Shown in pieces: positions 25,605 to 38,165 of a stretch of 64,000 bases of DNA. This DNA comes from Podospora anserina (taxonomy: Eukaryota): NCBI GenBank assembly GCA_017654855.1, contig JAFMPO010000001.1, positions 248,001-312,000 of the forward strand. The letters run 5' to 3'. Both the position numbers and the translations under genes were made by a program. How positions within the stretch are numbered: the stretch's first letter is position 1; every line of letters starts with the position of its first letter. Below the pieces are notes generated by a model, which searched no databases, was not told where the DNA came from, and was given only the letters and a program-made list of their open reading frames with translations.

Positions 25605-25822
25605 CTTTTTAATATGTTGCAAGGCCTCTTAATGAGATCTGATGACTTCACAAGGCATCCTGACTATCTTTCAGGGCCTAGTGACTGCTTTTACGCCCTG
25701 GTGGTTGCTTTTTACAGCCTCTTAACTGCTTTTTCAAGACTTGTTGATTATATTATGAGGCCTGATAGTTTATCACTTGAGGTCTGTTGACTATTCTTTG
25801 ATGCGTGTTGAATATCTTTTAC
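25605..25822 (+). repeat. Degenerate 21-bp minisatellite array B
   Basis: ctgactatctttcagggccta, ttgattatattatgaggcctg, ttgactattctttgatgcgtg. Confidence 0.75.
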
Positions 25823-25993
25823 CTTATCCGCGGCATATTAGCATTATCTTGATTCACATGCAGTTATAGAAGCAGTTATGTCTTAACTTATTTTTGAGTA
25901 TCAATCTTTGTATCCAGAACATTCTATAGAGGATTCGCGAATCTATTTTACTACCTAGGCATTTTATAGGCTAAAAAGCATCATGTTTCCACA

Positions 25994-27617
25994 TCATGGT
26001 TTATCATTGTCTACCCAGTTCCCATGCAACCCTTGCCTCAACCGCACGGGCAACAAGATGACAGCTTGCGCTTTGGTAAAGTTCTTCGTGTCAAGCAAGT
26101 GTAGCTCACTCGACATCGTGGCGTAGTTGTTTACAAGCGCAAGCAAATACCCATCTCCTTCCTCACCAGATCCCCGACGGGGAATGAATACTGGCTCCTG
26201 AACCATGTGCGTTCGTCCAGGGAAATACACTTCCACCTTACGAGTTTGGAGGTCAAGATGTCCCAGCGAGTTATACAGAGGGTATCCCCCACCGAGCTGG
26301 TGGGCAATCCCTGGGAAGTCGGTCCCCAACGCCGGATTCAACATGTCGTAGAAGCAGTGCCTGTATGGTTGAGTGGCAAATCGGTCGTCGATTCGGTAAA
26401 ACTCCGAGTTGTCCTCTTGAAGCACCTCTGGGTCGGCAAGATGGAGGTTTGAAGACTTTGGATCAATCACAAAACGCTTCAACTGGGAGACAATTGAACT
26501 TGGCTCCGGGGCATTCCCCTGGGCATCCGGCCACCAAAAGAAGACGTTCTTGTCACTGAGCGCAATGTCCATGACGAGATTGCCCGATGAGTCCTCGAAG
26601 GCGTTGCTAACGTGGCCGGGGAATGAGTTGCGGTATTGATACCACTGACATGGATATTAGCGACGTCCCATAACTTTGGAGAAGAAGTTTGCCAGAGTCG
26701 CTCACCTTAACATCTTCCGGCTTCGCGCCTGTTCGAGGCAAAACGCCGACATAAAACGGTGTCTCGGGGCTCCACTGCCAGTGCTCGCCACCCTGCTTCA
26801 GCCTCTCGAGATCACAAACCTGCGGCATGATGGGGAAGAGCACAAAGTTTTCAGTCACAGCAAAGTCGTGAATCATTCCCACAACTGGCGCAACGAGCCA
26901 CACCACCTCGAGGAACTTGCCATCAGGAGCTACTCGGTAATAGCACACATCAGGCGTCCCATCTCCTTTGGCCTCATACCCAAAGCAAATCATCTCGCCC
27001 GTCTTGGGGTCGAACTTGGGATGGGCTGTGAACGTCAAACTGGGAAGCTGCCCATCAAAAGTGTGCAGGCCCAAGGTCTCGAGGGTTTCTGGGTCCAATG
27101 CGTACGGCGGGGCGTCTTCCTTGAGGGCGAGCAGCTTGCCGTTGAAGTGGATGATGTTGGTGTTGGCTGTGGTGCGGACTTTGAACTCTACCGCATCGGT
27201 GTACTTGTTGCGGTACTTTCCCAACAGGGCCCGCTTGGCCTCGCGTTCTCGTTTCAGCTTCTCAGTCTGGACATATTTTTGCTTGAAAGAGACTTTGCCG
27301 TCTTTGATCCGGAAAGCGCTGATGGAGCCATCTCCGTTGAACCACTATGGCGGATGATGAGCTTCTTGACCTCGGGCAAAATATGGAGCACTTACTGGGT
27401 CATCTTGGATGAAAGGAGGCAGCTGGGGATCTGGCATGACACGGTAAAACGTACCGTCAATGTCATCTGGAATTGCCCCATGGACCTCCAGGTGTGAAAC
27501 CTCGCCTTCAAGGCGGCATGGCTTCATAAACCCAGAGAACTGAGGGCGATCGGGAAAGTGAGTTGGTGCTTGTGCTGCCATGACTACGGTTGTCTGAGGC
27601 GAGGTGGAAGAGGTCAT
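25994..27617 (-). CDS. Lignostilbene/aromatic alkene cleavage dioxygenase (carotenoid oxygenase family)
   Basis: GTFYRVMPDP, FNGDG, GKYRNKYTD, TANTN; four Fe-ligand His motifs TAHPK, MIHDF, PGHVSN and GLHGNW; two introns. Confidence 0.93.
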
Positions 27618-27639
27618 CGTAGGAGATCTAAATACTTTC

Positions 27640-27830
27640 CCGTCTTGGACGTTACCCCGATCCGGGGAGACATGGAGGCTTGCTCCCCGTTCCCGGTTCT
27701 TCCCCGGATTTTATGCATTCGGATGTGTCGGGGGGGGGTGCTAGCAGATCTTGGCAACCTGGAAAGTGGGTTTCCCTGGAATCTGGGGCTCAAAATGGGT
27801 GGAGCTTGCCCGGATGTTCCCCGATCAAAC
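27640..27830. promoter_or_regulatory. Bidirectional promoter with CGG-N7-CCG sites
   Basis: CCCGGTTCTTCCCCG at 27692 and CCCGGATGTTCCCCG at 27809, with a degenerate copy near 27645. Confidence 0.55.
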
Positions 27831-27975
27831 ACACCTCAGACCAACAAAACTGTGCTGTGGTTATGCAGACGAGCCAAATATCAAGTACAAAAGAAATGGT
27901 CGCGATACCGCGGAAATCTTCGCTCATCATGTCGTTCCGGAATCTGTCTTACTCATTTTCCCCTCCACCGCCGTC

Positions 27976-29703
27976 ATGCCGCCAACAATTTCTTTGACGC
28001 CTGCCACGCTGAAAGCCTTTTTTGATGAAGTTGCCCTTCTTATCGGTGAGGACAATGTCTCACGAGATCACTCAAGTGGTGCCTTGACAGGTGTGGCAAC
28101 TTCCCTAGCGAGACGACATCTTCCATACTGACAAGAAGAACAGGAGCTCTGGGGCAAACCACATACGGCGATGCATTCTCAAAAGCCGACACAAATCTTC
28201 CAGCGGGTGCTGTGCGACCCGAAACCGTCCAGGAAGTTCAGGAAATTGTCAAGCTCGCTAACAAGCACCAGGTCTATCTTTGGACAGTATCAAGAGGCAA
28301 GAACCTTGGCTACGGTGGTACTGGACCCGTCGTCAAAGGGACCGTGGTGCTGGACCTGCATCGCATGACCCAGATTATCGAAATCAATGAGGAGTATGGC
28401 TATGCCATCGTGGAGCCTGGAGTATCATTTTTCGACCTCTATGAAGAGATCCAGAGGAGGGGACTGAAGCTTTGGCCTTCGGTTCCTGCGATCGGCTGGG
28501 GCTCCGTCGTGGGCAACACCCTCGACCGAGGATTTGGCTACACGCCCAATGGCGAGCATTCACAGTCTCAGTGCGGCATGGAGGTTGTGTTGCCAGATGG
28601 GACTCTCATTCGCACTGGCTCTGGAGCGATGTCCGATAACGCCACGTGGGCGCTGTACAAAGGGTAAGTCTTAACATTGCCTCGCTGTCCTCTTCGCCAT
28701 CAACGATACTGACACGACTCCTCACAGCGGCTTCGGCCCCAGTCTGGACGGCTTGTTCTATCAGTCAAACCTCGGAATTGTCACCAAGATTGGAATCCAC
28801 ATCACCCCTGCCCCCGAAGCCTACGCCACTGTCGAAGTCGATGTACCGCTCGAGTCAGACCTCATCCCCTTGGTCGGCACCCTCTCTGATCTCATGCGCC
28901 GCTCCATTATTCTCAACAGTCCCTCCATAGCCAACATCTTCCGCATCGCCCTCACCTCTGAGAAGCCCGAAGTCCTCAGTCAGATTGGTCCCTACATGAA
29001 GGCAGACTCGTATGTGCCCTACGACCTCCTCGAGAGGATTCGGGTTGAGGAGAGGTGGGGTTTCTGGCGGGCGTATTTCTCGCTCTACGGCTCAGTGGAA
29101 ATGCTTTCCGCGCTCAAAGCAACAGTAGAGCGTGCCTTCAGACAAGCCGTCCCCGGTGTGCAGTTCAAATATCGCGAATGGGCCGGATTGCCTGGTGCTG
29201 CCATCTCGGCCGCGGAGGATATCAAGACCGAGGTGGTTCCTCACAGCGGTATCCCAACGGTGGAACCTTTGGGGATTGTTGACTCGAGAGGTGAACGGGG
29301 CGGTGGGCATATCTGTTTCAGCCCGGTGATACCGCCTTCGGGCAGGGAGCTGTACGATTGGTACCTCGCGGCCAAGAAGAGGACCGCGGACGCCAAGTTT
29401 GACTTCTTTGCCGACTTTCATGTCTACCCTCGATATGTCATTGCTATTGATCTGGTAATTTACACGATGGGTGAGGAGCAGAGGCTGCATGAGCTGTACA
29501 AACAGTTGCTGCACGACGCGGGAGAGCAGAGGTTCATGGAGTATAGAACTCACGTGGGGTATATGGACACAGTCGCCTCGAAGCTCGATTTCAATGACTT
29601 CGCTTTTGGGAAGTTTGTCCAGACACTCAAGGATACGTTTGATCCAAACGGAGTACTTTCGCCGGGAAAGTCAGGAATCTGGGTGACGGGACAGAATATG
29701 TAG
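27976..29703 (+). CDS. Vanillyl-alcohol oxidase/PCMH (4-phenol oxidising) family flavoprotein
   Basis: SRGKNLGYGG, VEPGVSF, GNTLDRGFGYTP, CGMEVVL, QSNLGIVTK, EYRTH, DPNGVLSPGKSGIW; two introns. Confidence 0.92.
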
Positions 29704-29869
29704 ATGTCTTGTGAACTCTATCAAATACCTAGGTGGTAATAGCATTTCTCAGTATTTGGCACACTTACTCAATTCAAATCAAATGAAACCAAATAGGCCC
29801 TCAAATTTGACTTGTTTGATTTGCGTGATGCCTTGTTGTTGCGTACTGGGATCGGCGCTTTAGCGATGA

Positions 29870-30358
29870 GATACTGCTTATTGAGTACCTAATTTAAGTC
29901 TGGTTCAGGCTATCTTCTGAACCACCTGTAAATACCTTAGAATATTTAGGACGTCGAACTTTTACTTGGCTAGCTTATCGATTTAACAACGGGACTAATA
30001 ACCTCATAATATATAGTGGTCGACCGAGCTTTCCGGTCTTAACTTTAAATAGTATAAAACTAAGTATTAGCAGAATAAAGTTTTCTATAAAAAATATTGA
30101 AAAGTATTTTACATATTTATTCCTTACTTATACTTATTTACCTCGCTTTAATATATTTTTTATTACTAAAAACGGGCAGAAAAGTATAAGGAAAAAAGGA
30201 TATACAAGACAGTCGAAGGAATATTGATACCCAAACAGAAGGTTCATTAATTTGATAAAGTTGTTAGATTAGATAAGGCTCTAGCTTCAGTTCTAAGAGC
30301 AAGCACAAGCCAAGTCACATGACCGGGTCCTGCCATTTACCCGCCCCACTCAGGGTGT
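29870..30358. mobile_element. RIP-degraded transposon relic
   Basis: TA-rich sequence ending in a GC-rich terminus CCCGCCCCACTCAGGGTG followed by TA. Confidence 0.45.
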
Positions 30359-30496
30359 AGGTCCTGCACTTCTTGAAGTAAGATGCTTGTTCTCCAGGAC
30401 CCTCTTAATTTTATCATCTTTTTATACACTTTTATTGCCAACTCCAACGTTGAGTAATAAATATAATAGGTATTAACTTTTAATTTATAAATATAA

Positions 30497-30720
30497 AAAA
30501 AAAGTTAATAGACGTTTAAAGATAGTTAATAGGCTTTAAAAAACTGTTATTAAGTGTTTAGAAATATTGATTGTACGTTCAAAGATAATTAATATACACT
30601 TAAAAATAAATAATATATATTTAAATATAACTAATATATATTTAAATATAACTAATATATATTTAATTATAACTAATATATATTTAAATATAACTAATAT
30701 ATATTTAAAATACTATTAAA
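30497..30720 (-). repeat. 21-bp minisatellite array C (reverse orientation, AT-converted)
   Basis: aaagatagttaataggcttta, then about 4 near-perfect TATATATTTAAATATAACTAA units. Confidence 0.8.
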
Positions 30721-30749
30721 TATATAATGTGTAAATTATATAGCTTATA

Positions 30750-31167
30750 TGTCACAGACCAACCATATAGCAAGGCAGAGTGGGGACTGCAGCAGGCCGT
30801 GGTGACCAGTCAAGTAACAGATAACAGCGGGGCTGCAGGATAGTGGGGCGCTCACCTCTTGGCAGAGGTGAGCCGGCTCGCCAGGAGCGCTGGGTGAGCG
30901 AGGTGAGCCAGGATGGATCACCAGGAGCGCTTGGTGATCGAGGTGATCCAGGTACGGAGGTACCTGGAGGATTGAGGTCTATATATACGGAGGAACTGGC
31001 CGGTGTAGATAGACAGTTCCGCAGTATGCAATTCAGCTTGTATTCACGGTATCTAGTGTTTACATTGAGACTTCTTGTTGTGCACTGTTTAGCTGCACCG
31101 AACCAATTGTCAGAAGTTACCTTCAACCAGTATCCCTTTCAGAGGTTCTGTACAGGGGTTCGTCACA
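30750..31167 (+). mobile_element. Solo LTR, crapaud-like, 418 bp
   Basis: TGTCACA...GTCACA termini, perfect 5-bp TSD TTATA on both sides, internal TATATATA box, little RIP. Confidence 0.93.
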
Positions 31168-31254
31168 TTATAACTTTCTTTTATTATACTAGTATTTTTC
31201 TCCTAAGTTTATAAGTACTTAACTTGTAGTTTCTATACCTGGTCCATAAACTAA

Positions 31255-32365
31255 TGGCTAAACAACCACCAGCCGGAGCGAGGAAAAGGATGTGGGCTTG
31301 GAAGAAGCCTGGGCCAGAGAGTGAGCCCACACAATACACACTTCCAAGCTCATAGACTGACTGAGGCTCTCACGGACTTACCTATCTTGGCATGCTAAGT
31401 ATACCCTTCGTCGAGGAGGACAACCATATGACCTGTGGAGAAGCCAAGCGTGAAAAAGACCTTTAACTGTGGGTGCCGCTGGTACCCACAGTCCTTCGCT
31501 CCTCACTCGCCCTTTACCTATATATCCGTCGCCTTGTAGAAAGGGAGGAATACGTATGGACAAAGACTTTGAACGCTAACCCACAGAGAGGTTTTGGTCC
31601 CTAGGAATACCACGTTTGGAGGATTTCAGTTACAGTACGGTACCTAGGTAAGTAGAGCGAAGTTCCAGCCACACCTTACATCAAGAGATTCCAGACCAGG
31701 TTACTCGATGGAGCTCCGCTCCGATAAAAACCAGCCGTGCTATCTACATTAGAGCCTCCCCTGCCAAATACACCCTCAACCATCTGGCATGTTACATGAA
31801 GCTTGTCCCAGACCGAAATACCTCTTGTGAACAACGAGTCCATGTTGATTGTCAGAACCATCGGTCACAAAAATTAGGTCAGCGACGTCGGTGGCAGCAG
31901 AATTTTGCTATTGGACTCCCTCTCCAGGCCCAACATCTGCTCAATGACTGATTTGGACCATGGGCCGAGTGCGGCTTAGGTAAAGGATACGAGAGAGATG
32001 AGATAGGGTCAACCATTACGATACAAGATGGCTTCACTCGTGTATATAGGTAGGTTGCTGAGCAAGTCTCGAATACATTCAGCAGACTTGTTCTCTTCCC
32101 TTCTGCTTCAATCAATGCCAATCCTCTTCTACAAGGCTTCTTGGAGAACAGATCGAAAGTCGTTAAGAGCGGGGAATGTGAAGTCAGAACATGACGTGTA
32201 ACAGAGCAGCAAATACCTTACTTTAGCATGCCAAGATAGGTAGTCCGTGGGAGCCTCAGTCAGTCTGTGAGCTTGGAAGTGTGTGTTGTGTGGGCTCACT
32301 CTCTGGCCCAGGCTTTTTCCAAGCCCACATCCTTTTCCTCGCTCCGGCTGGTGGCTGCTTGGCTA
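31255..32365. repeat. 143-bp inverted repeat pair around an 824-bp spacer
   Basis: 31255-31398 versus the reverse complement of 32223-32365: about 8 transitions and 1 indel. Confidence 0.93.
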
Positions 32366-34249
32366 CGGGACCAATTTCTCACCTTCTTTTCTCGAGATTA
32401 GTTCGCGCCGTGATGTGCATTTTCGCTTGCGGTTCTTCTATCCACTGTTTGTGTCCGTTCGAAGCATAAGCCGGTTCTGTACGCTTATCATGTGTAGTTT
32501 GGGGCCAGTTGAAGGATTCAATGAGAACCAGACATGGCTAAATTCAAGAGGGTGGTCTCAGCTGTGTAATAAGAGGCCTTCTGCTTTGAGCAAGACCTGC
32601 GAGACTATTGATTTTGGAGACACACTCCATGGTAGTATCAAAAGCTAGCTGTCTTGACGGAGATTTCTCGGTTTTAAGTAGTGTGTGGATGAATCGGAAG
32701 GTCTGATTCGTCAATGGGTTTTGGTTGACATTTGCGGGCACCATCTCGTGTGGATTGGTGGAAAGAGACAGAGGAGTGTGAGGGGAAGCTGCAGTCAATA
32801 CCAGACTTGGACAGCCAGTGACTGCTGTGTAGGTGTCTGGAAATTTTGACGAGGTTGTCCATCATTTGCCGGTTCTCGGGTTCAAGACCATGTGAGGGTA
32901 AATGATGATGATTTCGGCAGGCCAAGCCGTTCATCTACCCCTCCTTCATGCACAGCATGGGCGGTGTCCAGTGGCTTTGCATCCTGTCGAAGTGCCAGGT
33001 GACAAAGCTATCATCATCGATACGAACGCCTGGACTGTTCCTCCAATCCAGCAGAGCTCTTTGCTGGCTACCTGAGCTTGGCTCTGTGGATATAAGACGG
33101 ACTGTAGTCAAACGTTGGCATGTGACCTTCCCTTGATGGCTGGGCAACGGTACCTAAGTACGTCTGTAGCATGAGATGTATTAGGTACCTATTCTTGGAT
33201 CAACTCGCTGATTATCACGCCTCGTTGATGGTTCGTCGAGTTTACCCCGCCCAGATGCTTTCATTGAAGTCCCCCCGCAAGCACCAGACAGCATATCGTC
33301 TGAAGGTTATTGTAAGAAAATCGATTGGCATACGCTTTTCAAGGCATTACATAGTTATTTGGTTGTCTTTAACCGGTCATTGACAGTCTCTGAAGGCGCT
33401 GGTTTGCCAACTGCGGTGCCCACTTTTCAGTCCCCAGCGTGCATGCTGTGGAACAACGGGGATATTTAGATGCAGCATCCTAATTGCTTGCCCGCTCCAC
33501 GTCCCCTTCAAGCTCAGGGCGGTCCTGACGCCACCCCGTTTCAAGGAACCCCAACCCAGTGTGGAGCAGTGATCAAGTGGCGTCTGGAGCTAAGGATTAC
33601 GCTAATGTAGGTCAAGTTGGCGCTAAAGTCCGGGGAATGTGGAGAAGGTCAACGTCACCTTGATCAACGTCTTGAACGGTGAACAGACAGGGCCAGGTTT
33701 GATGACTGAACCAGCGTCGTGTCCGATTCCAGTCAATTACAAACCGTGTGCAATAGATCGGATAAAGATGACCTGTCAAGAGACGGACGATGCAGGGCTC
33801 GTCGGCCATCCCATGACATCTCGAACTGGTAGGAGATCCCGGTGTCCAGTTGTGTGTCCCGACACGTTTCACAGCTTCTGATAACGTCCTGTTATGATTT
33901 ATCTGCAGGTGGGATGCCCTTGATGCAGTCAAAACCACCAAATTAGGCGAGTTCTGGTCTCCTGGGTGGCCGACCACAGCTGCTGGTTGAGTGAAAGGCA
34001 TGCCTACCGTAGTACGAATACACGTTCGGAAACTCTGAGTGCGAGATGGCTGTACAGCCTGTCTTCCAGGCTTTATCACCCGTCCAAGATAGCAACTTGA
34101 CTATGCAACTTGAAAGGCGCGGGCTCCAATCACATTTCACCGATCGTCTCCAACATGCAGCATCGTCTTGGACTTCAACCCTCTCTCATCCTGCAAAAGC
34201 ACCTGAACTCTCGTCATAAACAAAATAATCAAGAGGGAAACATAAAATC

Positions 34250-34400
34250 AGGGCGTTAAAAGATAGTAACTACGCCTCTTGACCATCTTCAAAGACCTCG
34301 AGGAAATAGTTCAGGTGTGCGAAGTATCTTCAAAGGCATATGGACTATCTTTAATGCTCTTCAGCTATCTTTTAGCACCCATTGACCTTCTTTCTGTGCG
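34250..34400 (+). repeat. Degenerate 21-bp minisatellite array D
   Basis: ttgaccatcttcaaagacctc, tggactatctttaatgctctt, cagctatcttttagcaccca. Confidence 0.65.
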
Positions 34401-34823
34401 TTTGCCAAGTATCTCGCCTATCGTCTGATTATCATCGCCACCTGGGTGAGGGGTTCCCAAATCCAAATATGCATCCAAGCAACTTTAGTATCAGCAGGAC
34501 TCGGCCTGGAGCAAGGATCATGCAGGACGATGTACCCTCGGTCCTGAGGCATTGACCACTTGTAGTTGCAGGATGGGAGATTTGGGCGTGTCAGCCAGGT
34601 ATTGAGGAGAGGGGAAAATGCAATCCCCGGGCGCCTTGATTGCCAAAAGGGGTCATAGAAGGCGGGGGTCGTTCGGCAGGTACCAAAGCACTAGCTCTGC
34701 TTCACGGGAACATAAAGAGACGGTGGTTTTCCCTCCAGTTTGTGCTTTTCATGAAGAGTTCGTCGAGCAGTCTTCCGGGACTGGGACCAAGATCATCCTC
34801 GACTGGATACTGGAAACGCCAAC

Positions 34824-37477
34824 ATGTCGCCTCTACCTGAGGAGTTTGACATTATTGTGTGTGGAGGGGGCTCGACGGGATGTGTTGTGGCGGGAAGGCA
34901 AGTCCTCTTCTTTCTCGTGCTTCTTTTTGCCGTTTTCTTTTTTTTTCCCCTCTTTATTTCTTCTTTTGATTCTGTCTCTTCTGTGGAACCAAAAGAACAT
35001 CCTACCCACAGAGTAGGCCGGGTGGTATATGTCTCTACATTATCGTTTCGTTTTCTGAGATGCTCCCGCTCCCTTTACTTTTAGTTTACACTGTCTGCCG
35101 ATAACTAATACTGTTGTCTAGATTGGCGAATCTCGACCACAATCTCAAGGTGTTGCTGATCGAGGCAGGGGAAAACAACCTCAACAATCCCTGGGTGTTC
35201 AGGCCAGGAATCTTCCCGCGGAACATGAAGTTGGACTCCAAAACGGCTACTTTCTATGAGTCTAACCCTTCACCATCACTCTCTGGTAGAGGTGCCATCG
35301 TTCCGGCAGCAAATATACTTGGAGGTGGCAGCTCTATCAACTTTATGGTAAGATAGTCTATCCAACTCCATGATGGGAGTGCTTCGCTGACGCTGTGTAC
35401 CTACCTTAGATGTACACGAGAGCATCTGCCTCCGACTATGATGACTTCCAAGCCAAAGGGTGGTCAGCCGAGGAACTCCTCCCTTTCATGAAGAAGTTCG
35501 AGACCTACCAGCGCGCCTCCCACAATCGTGAGACACACGGCTTTGAGGGACCAATCAAGGTCTCTTTTGGAAACTACCAGTATCCGATCAAGGACGACTT
35601 TCTTCGCGCTGCGGAGTCTCAAGGTATCCCAATCGTTGATGATCTTCAAGACCTGAAGACTGGTCATGGCGCTGAACAGTGGCTCAAGTGGATCAATCGT
35701 GATGTAAGTCTGCTGTCAGCGTCGTGGTCCCAACTGTTTATGATTGACATGGGGATCCTTGCAGACTGGCCGTCGAAGTGATGCCGCCCACGCCTACATC
35801 CACGCCACCCGTGCGGTCCACTCGAACCTGTACCTTGCTTGCAATACCAAGGTTGACAAGGTCATCATCGAGAACGGGAGGGCTGTGGCAGTTCAGACTG
35901 TTCCGACCAAGCCGTTGGGCAACGTGAGTACTTCAAGCGGTCATCGACCAGTTCCGAAGCTAACCCCCCGAGCAGAGCCCAGGCACTCGTATCTTCAAGG
36001 CGCGTAAGCAGATCGTGGTGTCAGGCGGAACCATGAGTTCACCCTTGATCCTCCAGCGCTCCGGTATTGGCGACCCTGCCAAGCTCCGCGCCGCCGGCGT
36101 CAAGCCGATTGTCGATCTTCCTGGCGTTGGTCTTAATTTCCAAGATCATTACTTGACCTTTAGTCTCTATCGAGCCAAACCCGGAGTGGAGAGTTTTGAT
36201 GATTTTGCCCGTGGTGATCCTGCTACTCAGAAGCGTACGCTTGTTCCCGAGACGTCGATGCTCAGTGATGACCCGGCTGACATAAAATCCAGGTGTCTTT
36301 GAGGAATGGAACCTCAAGGGAACCGGCCCCTTGGCAACCAATGGCATCGAAGCAGGGGTGAAAATCAGGCCCACGCTTGAGGAATTGAAGGAGTTTGAGT
36401 CGTGGCCAACACCGAACTTCAAGGAGGGCTGGGAGTCGTACTTCAAGAACAAACCCGACAAGCCCGTCATGCACTATTCGGTCATCGCTGGCTGGTTTGG
36501 CGACCACATGCTGGTGCCTCCTGGGAATTATTTCACAATGTCGGTGACCATTTCACTCTCGGAATCACACAGCCTCATGAGTCCAGTCTAACATGCATAC
36601 CTTTTAGGTTCCACTTCCTTGAGTATCCCTTCAGTCGTGGAAAGACTCACATCACGTCTCCCGATCCGTACGCCGTCCCAGACTTTGATGCCGGATTCAT
36701 GAATGACCCTCGCGATATGGGCAAGTCCGAATCTCCAGCTCCATCTGAAGACGGATATGCTAACATAACCGCCATGGAATAGTACCTATGGTCTGGGGCT
36801 ACATTAAGTCTCGCGAGACCGCCAGACGTATGGATGCCTACGCAGGCGAGTGCCAGAGTATGCATCCCGTCTTTGACTACGACTCGGAAGCTCGCGCTCA
36901 TGACCTCAACTTGGCCGGTGAGTCCAAAACCTTGAACCATCCCAGGCAAGAAACTGACACCCGATGACCAGACACAAACGCTTACGCGCTTCCTGGCAAC
37001 ATCACTGCCGGTATCCAACACGGCAGCTGGAGCGTCCCGCTCCCAGAGCCCGAAGACAAGCTCACACCGGAGAACATCAAACGCATCGTCTCCAGCAACC
37101 GCAAGGACAAGAGAAGGGAGCTCAAGTATACCAAAAAGGACATCCAAGCCATCGAAGAATGGGTCAAGCGCCACGTGGAGACCACCTGGCACTGCCTGGG
37201 CACGTGCTCCATGGCTCCCAGGGAGGGGAACAGCATCGTGAAGCATGGCGTCCTCGATGAACGCCTCAACGTCCACGGTGTCAAGGGCCTCAAAGTAGCA
37301 GACCTTTCCATCGCACCAGACAACGTGGGAGCGAATACCTTCACAGTGGCCCTTACAATTGGAGAGAAAGCGGCGGCTCTCGTGGCAGAGGATCTCGGAT
37401 ACTCTGGTGAGGCTCTGGAGATGAAGGTGCCGGATTATCACGCACCGGGCGAGAACCGGCTTGCCAGTCGACTTTGA
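34824..37477 (+). CDS. AOX1: Alcohol (methanol) oxidase, GMC AA3_3, peroxisomal
   Basis: EEFDIIVCGGGSTGCVVAGRLANLD, GGGSSINFMMYTRASASDYDD, ETTWHCLGT, DNVGANT, C-terminal SRL (PTS1); many introns. Confidence 0.93.
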
Positions 37478-37959
37478 GCGAGGATCGTGCACTGGCCTCT
37501 TCAGAAAAGCGTAAAAGGCAACAGGACGCAAGCTGGAAAGCAATGGAGCGGAAGGGAGGGAGGGAGGTGGAAGAAGGGGCCCAGACATGAATCTCAAGAA
37601 AAGTGGATCCAATCCAGGGGCTTGATAGGGGCAACACAACTCGGACACTGGGGACACTCCTTTGAGTTACGTATTCTTTTGACGGTCTTCGTGGGAAGCT
37701 TGGGTATGAGTTTCTATTTGTTTTATGGATATCAAACTTACTTGAATCAATACCTGAATGGTTACGGGATATCTTTAGCACCCCGGCCGTTCTCAGTACC
37801 GTAGGGGTCAATGGCAACCACACACACGTGCGTTTATGGACCTGTCCTTCTCATTAGACACTCGGTAGCCAGGAATACATGACAAGATCAACCACTCAGC
37901 GGCATCAAATGACATTTAATATGCCGAAAAGACCAGAAAACAAGCCCTTAAATGCAACT

Positions 37960-38165
37960 CCAAGACCTATCAACCATCTTAAGAGGCCTGTTGATATCTT
38001 AAAGGGCCTATTAACTATCTCAAGAGGGCTGCTTACTATCTTAAAAGACCTGTTGACTATCCCAAAAGGCCTGTTTACTATTTAACGAGGCCTATTGACC
38101 GTATTCCAATGCACATTGATTACCTAGCTTGCAACACATATTGAGTATCTGGCAATGCATCTAGA
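37960..38165 (+). repeat. 21-bp minisatellite array E (clearest copy)
   Basis: Consecutive 21-mers ttaactatctcaagagggctg/cttactatcttaaaagacctg/ttgactatcccaaaaggcctg/tttactatttaacgaggccta. Confidence 0.88.

Noticed and set aside
30752-31214. ORFs 30752-31126 and 30843-31214
   Set aside because: They lie essentially within the solo LTR.
37879-38085. Heptad-repeat ORFs (also 59431-59848)
   Set aside because: These are by-products of translating the 21-bp arrays; other arrays contain stops and indels.
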